Source: Sphyrna mokarran
Taxonomy: Eukaryota
NCBI GenBank assembly: GCA_024679065.1
Contig: JAGIQG010000009.1
Location: forward strand, 81,840,001 to 81,904,000
Direction of reading: 5' to 3'
DNA: 64,000 bases
The translations under genes and the position numbers were made by a program. Shown here one piece after another: positions 1-10,290 of this stretch (position 1 is its first letter; each line of letters begins with the position of its first letter). Under the pieces are notes generated by a model. That model did not search any database. It was not told the origin of the DNA and saw nothing but the letters and a program-made list of their open reading frames with translations.

Positions 1-1477
1 CAGAGCCTTTGGCTTTGATCTTCATGTCGTCATTGGCTACAGGTGTACTGCCAGAAAACTGGCGGATAGCCAATATTGTCCCCTTGTTCAAGAAGGGGAG
101 TAGAGACTATCTTGGGAATTATAGACCGGTGAGCCTTAATTCTGTTGTGGGCAAAGTTTTGGAAAGAATTATAAGGGATAGGATTTATAATCATCTAGAG
201 AGAAATAAATTGATTAGGGATAGTCAACACGGTTTTATGAAGGGTAGGTCGTGCCTCACAAACCTTATCGAGTTCTTTGAAAAGGTGATCAAAGAGGTGG
301 ATAAGGGTGAGGCAGTTGATGTGGTGTATGTGGATTTCAGGAAAGCGTTTGATAAGGTGCCCCATGGTAGGCTACTGCAGAAAATGCAGATGCATGGGAT
401 TGAGGGTGTTTTAGCAGTTTGGATCAGGAATTGGCTAGCTGATAGAAGACAGTGGGTGATGTTTGATGGGAAATATTCAGTCTGGACTGCAGTTACAAGT
501 GGTGTACCTCAGGGATCTGTCTTGGGGCCACTGCTATTTGTCATTTTTATAAATGACCTAGATGAGGGTGTAGAAAAATGGGTTAGTAAATTTGCTGAGT
601 CGGAGGAGTTGTAGACAGTGAGGATGGATGTTACAGTTTGCAGATGCACATAGATAAGCTGCAGAGCTGGACCAAGAGGTGGCAAATGTAGTTTAATACG
701 GAAAAGTGTGAGGTGATTCACTTTGGTAAGAGTAACAGGAGTACAGAATATAGGGCTAATGGAAGGACTCTTAATAGTGTCGACGAGCAGAGAGATCTTG
801 GTGTACGTGTGCATAGTTCCCTGAAAGTTGGCACCCAAGTTGATAAGGTTGTTAAAAAAGCAAACAGTGTGTTAGCTTTTATTGGTAGAGGGATTGAATT
901 TCAGAGCCGTGAGGTCATGTTGCAACTGTTCAAAACTTGGTGCGGCCGCACTTGGAGTATTGTGTACAGTTTTGGTTGCTGCATTGTAAGAAAGATGTGA
1001 AGGCATTGGAAAGGGGTACAGAGGAGGTTTACCAGGATGTTGCCTGGTATGGTGGGTAGGTCTTATGAGGAAAGGCTGAGGGACTTGAGGTTATTTTCAT
1101 TAGAGAGAAGACGGTTAAGAGGAGACCTAATTGAGGCGTACAAGATGATCAGAGGGTTAGATAGGACGGACAGTGAGAGTCTTTTTCTTCGGATGGTGAT
1201 GGCTAACACGAGGGGACATAGCTTTAAATTAAGGGGTGGTAGTTATAGGACAGATGTCAGAATGAGGTTCTTTACTCAGAGGGTAGTAAGGGCATGGAAT
1301 GCCCTGCCTGTAGCGGTTGTGGACTCGCTAACTTTAAGGGAGCTCAAATGGTCAATGGATAAGCATTTGGATAGCATTGGAATAGTTTAGGTTAGAGGGT
1401 CATCAGATTGGCTCCACTGGTCAGCGCAACATCGAGGGCTGAAGGGTCTGTACTGCACTGTAATGTTCTATGTTCTA
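1..1477 (+). mobile_element. CR1/HER1-type LINE, 3' part of ORF2 (RT) plus 3'UTR, frameshifted
   Basis: ORFs 9..614, 713..1000 and 1037..1390 give NYRPVSL, SQHGF, AFDKVPH, GVPQGSVLGPLLF and ERRRLRGDLIE; ends in a gttctatgttcta tail. Confidence 0.95.
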
Positions 1478-3159
1478 TATCAAACCCATGTCTTCTCTGC
1501 CTGCTGGACTGACTGACTTTTCCTTCTATATCTGACTAAACTTCACTCCCAGAGGCCAGAGTTGTTGCTGAGTTCAGCAGGAACCTTCCAGTTGAGGAAA
1601 CCATTAGGAGGAGGCTGGTGATCAGGGAGTTGGGGGTCAGGGCCGGCAAGTGGAAGGAGGTGGGGGCTTTGGCAAAGCCATTGGGAGGCCAGTCTATTGG
1701 GGAAGGGGAGATGGGGAGAGGAGGTCAAGCCCTGTGATCAGGGAAGTGGGGAATTAGGTTGTGGGAAAACCATCGCGAGGCAGGGATGTGGAGTTTCTGA
1801 TCCAGTTCTCACTGGTGGGATTAACCCCGTCCACTGGTGTAAATTTCCAGTGGATTTTGTGAAACACCAAGTGCCAGAAATTCAACTGAGTATGCCCAGA
1901 AAACAGCGGGAAAATCTCACATCGTTTTTTGGGAAATTTGTCCCCATCTTTTCAAGAGTGTGATTAGTGGGACACTAATAACACTGTATCTACCTTCAAC
2001 TCACTGTTTAACCTCCTTTTCCAATCCAGATGTTTCAGCCAAGGAGTCAAATAGATCTACAATACAGGAAGTGGCCATTCAGCCCCTCATGCCTGTACTA
2101 GCTGTTATACTAGAGTCATTTACAACTAACAGCTCAGTTTAATGTGTGTTTAGGAAAGTGACTGGAATGTTTTATTAGAGTCAGAATGAGTGAGAAACAT
2201 GAACTGATCAGAAAGAGTCAACACAGATTTAAAAAGATTCAGACATGTTCAACTAATCTGCTCACATTTGTTACTGAGCCACTAATGGACCAGGATCAGT
2301 GTAGGTCAATGAACACAACGGGTGATGGGTGAACAGGGTTTGGTGTGAGTTCAGATCCTGGCAGCAGAGTTCAGGGTGAGCTGATGATTACAGAGGGTGG
2401 TAGGTGTGAGATCAACCAGGACAGCATTGGAATAGTAACGTTCAGAGGGAACAAAGATACGGGTGAGATTTTCAGCAGAAAATGATGTGAGACAGGAGGA
2501 CTCGGGGGGTGTTACTGAGGTGGAAATAGTGATGGAGTGGATGATGTGGTGGGAAAGAAATCTCAGGGTCAAATAGGACTCCATGGCTGTGGACTGTGTG
2601 GGTGAGTGTCAGACACTTCAAAGGGGAAGGGATGGAATCAGTGTTGAGGGAACAGAGTTTGGATGGGGTCTGAAGACAATGGCAGATGGAATTCAATGTG
2701 GAGAGTGTGAAAACATCCAGTTTGGATCGAGGAAAGAGGGAGCAGATTAATCTTTGTGGGGAGTCAGATTGGGGTCAAATCTGAGGCCAGTGTTGTAGAG
2801 AGTGTGGTTGAGCAGCAGACAGTGCTCAGGGGGAGGGATGGAGTTTGTATCGGGAGCTGAAGACCACGGCTTTGATCTTCCCAATGTGTTTCCCAGTGAG
2901 CCTGGCTCCTCAGTCCTGACTGCTCTGAGCTGTTGTTATTTTCACTGATTGGACAGTTATTGTTAGAGATTCAGACCACAGCACAAATCCCCAGTGTCAA
3001 AAATAACTGCAAAGACTGTCAGATCGGAAGATTGAAACGTAACCAACAGAGGAAGTGAAAGAAGGAGCTCAGAGCAGCTGGATGTTTGTTACTGAGACGG
3101 GAGAAAATGGTGAACCGTGTTCACTATCTCCAATCTCCCAGCACAGAAGGCACAGTGGG

Positions 3160-5010
3160 ATACAGTCAGGAGGGAGTTATCCTGGGAATCCTCAACAACA
3201 TTCCAGACTCCATGCAATCGCTTGGTACCATGTCAAACACAGACAAGGAAACCTCCACATCCAGCCGTGAATGGTGGTGGACAATTAAACAACTCACAGG
3301 AGGAGGAGGTTCCACAAATATCGTCATTCTCACTGATGGAGGAGCCCAGCACATCACTGCAAAATTTAAGGCTGATACTTTTACAACTGGGTACTACAAA
3401 GACTTTGTCTCCTGAAAACAATCCAGAGAATGGAGATATTTGTGGAACCTCCTCCTCCAGTGAGTTGTTTAATTGTCCACCACCATTCACAGCTGGATGT
3501 GGCAGGACTGCAGAGCTTAGATCTGATCCATTGGTTGTGGGATGGTTTATCTCTGTCTATCACTTGCTGCTTCTGCTCTTTGGCACACAGTCTCTGTGTT
3601 GAAGCTTCACCAGATTAATACCTCATTTTTCAGTTTATTTGCTGTTGCTCCTGCCATGTCCTCCTGCACGCTTCATTGAACCAGGGTTGATCCCCTGGCT
3701 TGGTAGTAATGGTAGAGTGGGGGATATGCTGGGCCATGAGGTTACACATTGTAGTTGAGTCTTTGAAGACTTACACTCCAGAACTTGTCGCACCCTTAGC
3801 CAAGCTGTTCCAGTACAGCTACAACACTGGCATTTATCCGGCAATGTGGAAAATTGCCCAGGTATGTCCTGTACACTAAAAAAACAGGATAAATCTATTC
3901 TGGCCACTTATTCCCCCATCAATCTACTCTCACTCATCAGTAAAGTGATTTAAATTGTTGACATTTCTATCAAGCAGCACTTACTCAGCAATAATCTGCT
4001 CACTGACACACAGTTTGTGTTCCACCAGGATCACTCAGCTCCTGATCTCATTACAGCCTTGGTTCGAACGTGGAGAAAAGAGCTGAACTCCAGAGGTGAG
4101 GTGAGAGAGACTGTTCTTAACATCAAGGCAGCATTTGAGTGTGGCTTCAACGAGATTCAGTAAAACTTGGGCCAATGGGAATCGGGGGAAACTCTCCGCT
4201 TCCTGGAATCATACCCAGTACAAAGGAAATTGGTTGTGGTTATTGGACTTCTAAATTTAAATGTAAGTATTAGTGTCACAAGTAGGCTACATTAACACTG
4301 CAATGAAGTTAACAGGAAAATCCCTTGGTAACCACACTCCTGCTCCTGTTCCGCTACACTGAGAGAGAATTTAGTATGACCAATGCATATAACCAGCAGA
4401 TCTTTCGTGCTCTGGAAGGAAACCAGAACACCCAGAGGAAACCCAAACAGACACAGGGACAGAAGATGCAGACAGTGACCATTGCCAAGAATCGAACCCG
4501 GGTCCTTGGCACTGTGAGGCAGTAGTATTAACAAGTGTGTCACCGTGCCACCCAATATGATGAGAAAATGGTTGTGGTTAGTGGATTTCAATCTGAGATT
4601 GCTTCGGGACATCACTGCAGGAGTTCCTCAGGGTCGTGTCTGAGATACAACCATCTTCAGCTGCTTCAGTAATGACCTTCAGAAGTGGGGATGTTCACTG
4701 ATGATTGCACAATGCTCAGCACCATTCACAACTCCTCAGATATTGAAGCAGTAACATTCATGCCACATCAGTAGCATGGAATCACCATCTCCAACAAGAG
4801 AGAATTTTAACATCTCCCCTTGACATTCAATGTCATTACCATCGCTGAATCCCCCACTGTAAAATCCTGTTGGTTATGATTGACCAGAAACTGAACTGGA
4901 CCAGGCTATAAATACTGTGGCTACAAGAGAAGGTCAGTGAATAGGAATCCTGCAGCGAGCAACTCACATCCTGACTCTCCACAGATTCTCCACTACCTAG
5001 AAGGCACAAG
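3160..5010 (+). mobile_element. Degenerate CR1-group LINE (WWWTIKQLTGGGG family) with an internally inverted segment and a SINE insertion
   Basis: WWWTIKQLTGGGGSTN motif, PLAKLFQYSYNTGIYP...WKIAQVCPV and gagttcctcagggt (VPQG) remnants; 3430-3760 reads on the - strand. Confidence 0.7.
4255..4552 (-). mobile_element. tRNA-derived SINE (HE1-like head)
   Basis: Reverse strand has ggtggcacggtgacac...ctgcctcacagtgccaaggacccgggttcgatt (pol III A/B-box-like head). Confidence 0.7.
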
Positions 5011-5508
5011 TTATTAAACTAGAAAGAGTGCAGAAAAGATTTACTAGGATGCTACCAGGACTTGATGGTTTGGGTTATCAGGAGAGGCTGCATCAACTGG
5101 GACTTTTTTGTCTGGACTATAGAAGGTTGAGGGGGTGACCTTATAGACGTCTATAAAATAATGAGCGGCATAGATCAACGAGATAATCAATATCTTTTCT
5201 CAAAGGTAGGGGATGCTAAAACTAGAGGGTATAGGTTTAAGGCGAGAGGGGAGAGGCACAAAAGTGTCCAAATGGGCAATTTTTTCATACAGAGGGCAGT
5301 GAGTGTCTGGAACAAGCTACCAGAGGTAGAAATAGACGCGGGTATAATTTTGTCTTTTAAAAAGCATTTAGCAGTCACAGGGGTAAGATGGGCAAAGACA
5401 GATATGGGCCAAATGCCCAAATTGGAGTTCGGGGTTTAAAGAAAAGGGCAGCATGGACAAGTTGGGCTGAAGGGCCTGTTTCCTTGCTGTAAACCTCTAT
5501 GGCTCTAT
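5011..5508 (+). mobile_element. 5'-truncated CR1 LINE 3' fragment
   Basis: [15 protein letters not shown] and TRGYRFK...FFIQRAVSVWNKLP motifs with ctctatggctctatg tail. Confidence 0.85.
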
Positions 5509-5849
5509 GAGATAAAGAGAGGGAGAAACTGAGAGGAATAGAGGGAGGGAGAATGAGAAGAGAAAAAGAAAGAGCAAATGAGAGAGTTAACAAAGAGTGA
5601 GACAGGAAGGACAAGAAACGGAGACAGCGACAGTGGGATGGATACAGAGACTAATGGAGAGTTACTCAGAGAGTGAAAGAGACAATGATATCAAAAGAGT
5701 GAGGAAAACAGACTGAGGGGCAAATATTGAGACAGAAAGACTGAGAATGAGAGAGAGAGAGAGACTGAGGGACAGAGACTGACAAGCAGAAACTGATGGT
5801 CTCTGTCCCTCAGTCTCTGTCCCTCAGACACTCTGGAGAGAGAAGAAGA

Positions 5850-5943
5850 GGAAGTGAAAGATGCTGACGTGGTTTCTCTGGGTCAGACCATTTACAAACT
5901 GAGGAACAGGCAGTGAGACTCTCACAGGCTGCAGCTTTATAAA
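5850..5943 (+). promoter_or_regulatory. Ig light-chain V promoter: Ets-IRF composite element (GGAAGTGAAA 5850-5859), CRE half-site TGACGT 5865-5870, octamer-like ATTTACAA 5890-5897, TATA box TATAAA 5938-5943
   Basis: Motifs read directly, 60-155 bp upstream of the leader ATG (acaccATG Kozak). Confidence 0.7.
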
Positions 5944-6002
5944 GCAGAGCCCAGTGAAGGGAGAGTTTATCAGTAACAGGCACAGGGACACGAGCACACA
6001 CC

Positions 6003-6051
6003 ATGATTTCAGCCATCCAGCTGCTCTGGCCTCTGGCATTCTGCATCGCAG
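6003..6051 (+). CDS. IGKV: Ig kappa-type light-chain leader exon (MISAIQLLWPLAFCIA-G)
   Basis: ATG at 6003, hydrophobic signal peptide, phase-1 GT donor at 6052; splices in frame to 6238. Confidence 0.93.
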
Positions 6052-6237
6052 GTACTAATCTCTCTCCTTCCACCTTGAATATTTTCCTGCTCTCCATTTC
6101 AATCCAATTCTCCTGACTTGTGATTGAAGGGAAAATGCTGAAAGGAGAGGAACAGTCAGTGTCTCCAACAATATCTCATTGTACAGCCTCTTTCTGTGAC
6201 AGTTCTGACTTCACTCTGTTTCTCTATTACCCCTCAG

Positions 6238-6538
6238 GTATCAATGGAGAGATCATCATGACCCAGACTCCCGCGGTGCTGTCAGTGAGCCTGGGCCAGA
6301 CCGCCACCATCACCTGTACGGCCAGTCAATCTGTTAGCAACGATTATGTGAATTGGTATCAACAGCGAGAAGGACAGAAACCGGCTCTGCTGATCTACAA
6401 TGCAAACTCTCGATTCGCAGAAGTATCCGACCGATTCACCGGCAGTGGATCCGGGACAAGTTTCACCCTGACAATCAACAATGTTCAGAATGAGGATGTC
6501 GCTGATTATTACTGTCAGCAAGGTTCCATCTCTCCCTA
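6238..6538 (+). CDS. IGKV: Ig light-chain V exon, kappa / shark NS4 (type III) class, germline unrearranged, intact
   Basis: ccctcag acceptor; (G)[53 protein letters not shown]...[35 protein letters not shown] with the conserved Cys, Trp and YYC. Confidence 0.96.
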
Positions 6539-6566
6539 CACAGTGAAACAGAGCCTTACAAAAACC
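6539..6566 (+). other. V recombination signal sequence, 12-bp spacer
   Basis: CACAGTG (6539-6545) + aaacagagcctt (12 nt) + ACAAAAACC (6558-6566), perfect consensus; the V12/J23 arrangement is the kappa-type configuration. Confidence 0.98.
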
Positions 6567-6569
6567 CCA

Positions 6570-7170
6570 ACACACAGTCCCACCTCCTGTACTGACACAT
6601 CCCACAGTTTTATAAAATATATAATAATGGACACACAGTCCCACTGCCTGTACTGACACATCCCACAGTTTTATATAATATTTAATAATGGACACACAGT
6701 CCCACCTTCTGTACTGACACATCCCACAGTTTTATATAATATATAATAATGGACACACAGTCCCACCTCCTGTACTGACACATCCCACAGTTTTACATAA
6801 TATATAATAATGGACACACAGAGCCACCTCCTGTACTGATACATCCCACAGTTTTATATAATATATAATAATGGATACACAATCCCACCTCCTGTACTGA
6901 TACATCCCACAGTTTTATATAATATATAATAATGGACACACAATCCCACCTCCTGTACTGACACATCCCACAGTTTTATATAATATATAATAATGGACAC
7001 ACAGTCCCACCTCCCGTACTGACACATCCCACAGTTTTATATAATATATAATAATGGACACACAGTCCCACCTCCTGTACTGACACATCCCACAGTTTTA
7101 TATAATATACAATAATGGACACACAGTCCCACCTCCTGTACTGACACATCCCACAGTTTTATAAAATATC
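6570..7170 (+). repeat. 61-bp minisatellite, about 10 copies, in the V-J spacer
   Basis: Unit acacacagtcccacctcctgtactgacacatcccacagttttatataatatataataatgg; cccacagttt recurs at 6601, 6662, 6723 ... 7150. Confidence 0.97.
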
Positions 7171-7432
7171 TAAGAAACACAAGAAAGGAAACTGAACAAA
7201 TTATTTGCACTGTCCACTACACACTCCAGTCCCTATGGTGTCCAATGCTCACTGAAAGCCTCAAGTTTCCCTCTTACTCTCCATGTTCACATATGAAGAG
7301 CAGCTGAAAGATTTATCATCTCAAATTAAAATTCTCAACTCTCCCAATAAAACACAAAGACATTGAGAGAAACAGAGATAGGAAGAGACAAAGAGATGAG
7401 ATGAGTGAGTGAGTGAGTGAGTCAGAGACAGA

Positions 7433-7471
7433 GGTTTTTGTACAGCTCCTGCACTGGAAGCTGTCAGTGTG
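7433..7471 (-). other. J recombination signal sequence, 23-bp spacer
   Basis: GGTTTTTGT (7433-7441) + 23 nt + CAGTGTG (7465-7471; one mismatch to CACTGTG, critical CAC retained). Confidence 0.95.
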
Positions 7472-7506
7472 CCTTACGTTCAGTAAAGGAACAAAACTCA
7501 GACTGA
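7472..7506 (+). CDS. IGKJ: Ig light-chain J segment (LTFSKGTKLRL), the only J in the cluster; non-canonical FSKG motif
   Basis: c ctt acg ttc agt aaa gga aca aaa ctc aga ctg a, then a perfect GTAAGT donor at 7507; phase 1, matching the C acceptor. Confidence 0.93.
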
Positions 7507-8679
7507 GTAAGTAAAGCCCAATCCTCCGTTATTAACCCTTTTAATGTTGAAACTTTCTCAAACACAAATACTGAATAGTTGAAGGTGTTAGTGAGGGAGT
7601 TGCAGTCAATGAAATGGTTGATTGAAGAACATTGTGTTGAACAGGGAGTCCAGCTGTATTTCTTTCCTTCCATTCCCCCCTTTAAACAGCAAGATTTCAG
7701 TAAGCAGCTTTTACCCACCGTGTGGAGGAGATCTGGACGTTTGCAGACTGTGTTCACATTCCTGCAGCATGGAGTGAAATCACTCTCTAGACTCCTGTCG
7801 GTCTCAGTGTGACACACACAGGCAGAGTTTGATGTGAAGTTGAACTCTCTGTCTCACTCTCTGATATCACTGATCACAGCAGCAGCACAGTGAGACACCG
7901 AGGTGCCACCTGCCCCAGCTTTCACTCTGCTCTCTCCACTCCCTGCTTATCTCTTGCTGAAGTTCTGATGACAAACAGCCACAGCAGGGCTCACAATCCA
8001 GGGGCTTCAGTGTTGCAGGTTTTTGCTACTTTCTCTTTGGGATGAGTTCAGTCCGACATTTATCCTGGATCCAACATCACTGAAAATGCTGATTGTTCTC
8101 ATTGCTGTGTGTGGGATCTTGCTGTGTACATTTGTGACCACTCCTCAGACAGGATCCCTCATTTGTTGACTTCCTGAACTGGATCCCAATTTTGTTTTCC
8201 TCTGGGTGAGGAGTAATCAGCTGGAATCCTACCCTCGATTGGTCACAACTGGGTTCATTTAAAATGGATCCTTTCACCCGTGGAAACCTTACAAATTTGG
8301 CAAATTCCAGTTTAGTGAAATTGGCCCTATCCTATTTAAAACATTTCAAAGAACAAAGAACAAAACAGCATGGGAAACAGGCCCTTCGGCCCAACGAGCC
8401 CTCGCCGCCACCCCGATGTTCCCACCTCGACCCGCGATCCGTGACCATGTTTATAGATCCAAATTTGATTTAAATCCAAATTTGAGACAATTTAGGGAGA
8501 ATTTGTTTTGCCTATGAGCCTAAAAGCACATCTTTGGGATGTGGGAGGAAACCAGAGCACCCGGAGAAAACCCACGCAAGCACGGGGAGAATGCGCAAAC
8601 TCCCACAGACACAGGCACAAATCCATGTATCTGCACAGCACAGCGATAGTCAACGAGCTGTTGACTATCAAATGGTCCA

Positions 8680-9198
8680 TTTGGTCCCCACATTATAAGA
8701 AAGATGTGGAGGCATTGGAGAGGGTACAGAGGAGGTTTACCAGGATGTTGCCTGGTATGGAGGGCAGGTCCTATGAAGAGAGGTTGAAGGATTTGAGGTT
8801 GTTTTCGTTAGAAAGGAGGCGGCTACGAGGGGATCTTATTGAAGCATATAAGATGATTAGAGGTTTAGATAGGGTGGACAGTGATAGCCTTTTTCCTAGG
8901 AGGGAGAAAGCTAGCACGAGGGGACACAGATTTAAATTAAGGGGTATGAGTTATAGGACGGATATCAGAGGTAGGTTCTTTACTCAAAGAGTGATTAGGG
9001 AGCGGAATGCCCTGCCTGCAGCAGTTGTAGATGCGCCAAGTTTGGTGGCGTTTAAGAGGTTACTTGATAAGTATATGGAAGAGAAGGGAATGGTTTAGTT
9101 TGGAGGGGCATTGCTTTTTATTTTGGTCGGCACAACATCGAAGGCCGAAGGGCCTGTTCTGTGCTGTAATGTTCTATGTTCTATGTTCTATGTTCTAT
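8680..9198 (+). mobile_element. Young 5'-truncated CR1 LINE in the J-C intron
   Basis: [25 protein letters not shown]...KGMV, 3'UTR and (ctatgtt)x4 tail. Confidence 0.93.
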
Positions 9199-9349
9199 GT
9201 CAAACCATGAAGCACTAGGATACTCTCAAAAAAAACTAAGAACATACCCCCATTGCGTGTATGCCCCTTGTTAGACAACAAGGTGGGCTAAAGCACCTGT
9301 AGGATAAAAACAAGTACATCAATATCATCATCTATTTACACACTTCCCA

Positions 9350-10290
9350 GGGACTCCCAAGGCTCATGATCCCTATTTTAAATCAATTTTCTATACCCCT
9401 CCATACCCATTCTGTTCATGTGCCCATCTAAGTATTTCTTAAATAACTCCAGAGCACCTGCCTCCACCACTTTACTTGGCAACGCATTCCATATCCCCAC
9501 CAGTGTGAAAAAAGTCCCTCCAGCATCCAAATTATACCTTACCCCCCTCACCCTAAGCCCGTGACCCCTCATGTTGTTCAAGTCCATCCTAGGATAAAGC
9601 TTAACCCTGTTTACTCTATCTATACCTCTCATAATCTTGTACACCTCTATTAGATCTCCTATAAGTCTACGTCTTTCCAAGGAAAACAGTCCCAATTTGC
9701 CTAACCTCTCCTCGTAACTCAGACCTTCCTTACCAGGCAGCATCCTGGTAAACCTCCTCTGCACTCTCTCCAGACTCTCCACGTCTTCTGGTAGTAAGGC
9801 GACCAAAACTGGACGCAGTATTTCAAATGAGGTCTAACCAACTTTTTATACAAATTCAACATTAAAGGTCAGCTCTTGAACTCTATACCCCTTCCTATAA
9901 AGACTAACATACTATATGCTTTCTTCACAACCTTCTCCACTTGCTCTGTGACCTTCAGAGACTTGTTCACCTGCACCCCCAGGTCCCTCTGCGTTTCTAT
10001 ACTCTTAATAGGTCTACCCTTTATCATATACCTCCCCCTTACATTCTTTCTTCCGAAATGCATCACCTCACATTTATCAGGATTGAATTCCATCTGCCAT
10101 CTGTCTGCCCAAGCTACCAGCCTATCTATGTCCTGCTGTATCACCTGACAATGCTCCTTACTATCTGCAAGTCCAGCCATCTTTGTATCGTCTGCAAACT
10201 TGCTGATCACTCCACTTACTCCCTCTTCCAAGTCATTTATATATATTACAAATAGAAAAGGTCCCAGTACTGAGCCCTGCTGCATACTGC
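9350..10290 (-). mobile_element. 5'-truncated CR1 LINE
   Basis: ORFs 9869..10393 and 9378..9806: QGSVLGPFLF, SKFADDTK, WQMEFNPDKC, ERRRLIGDLIEVYK. Confidence 0.92.

Noticed and set aside
6120-6656. Single-exon 178-aa ORF or germline-joined VJ
   Set aside because: ORF reads through intron and RSS; V and J are separate with intact RSSs
6570-7170. CRISPR-like array or D segments
   Set aside because: Eukaryotic tandem repeat without unique spacers; no paired flanking RSSs as D segments require
8018-8085. Possible second, decayed J (GGTTTTTGC ... CAGTCCG acatttatcctggatcc)
   Set aside because: Heptamer lacks the critical GTG, the spacer is 22 nt, there is no FGxG or splice donor, and the sequence fits the 3' part of a Deu-SINE (atttatcc...caacatcact...gggatcttgctgtg)
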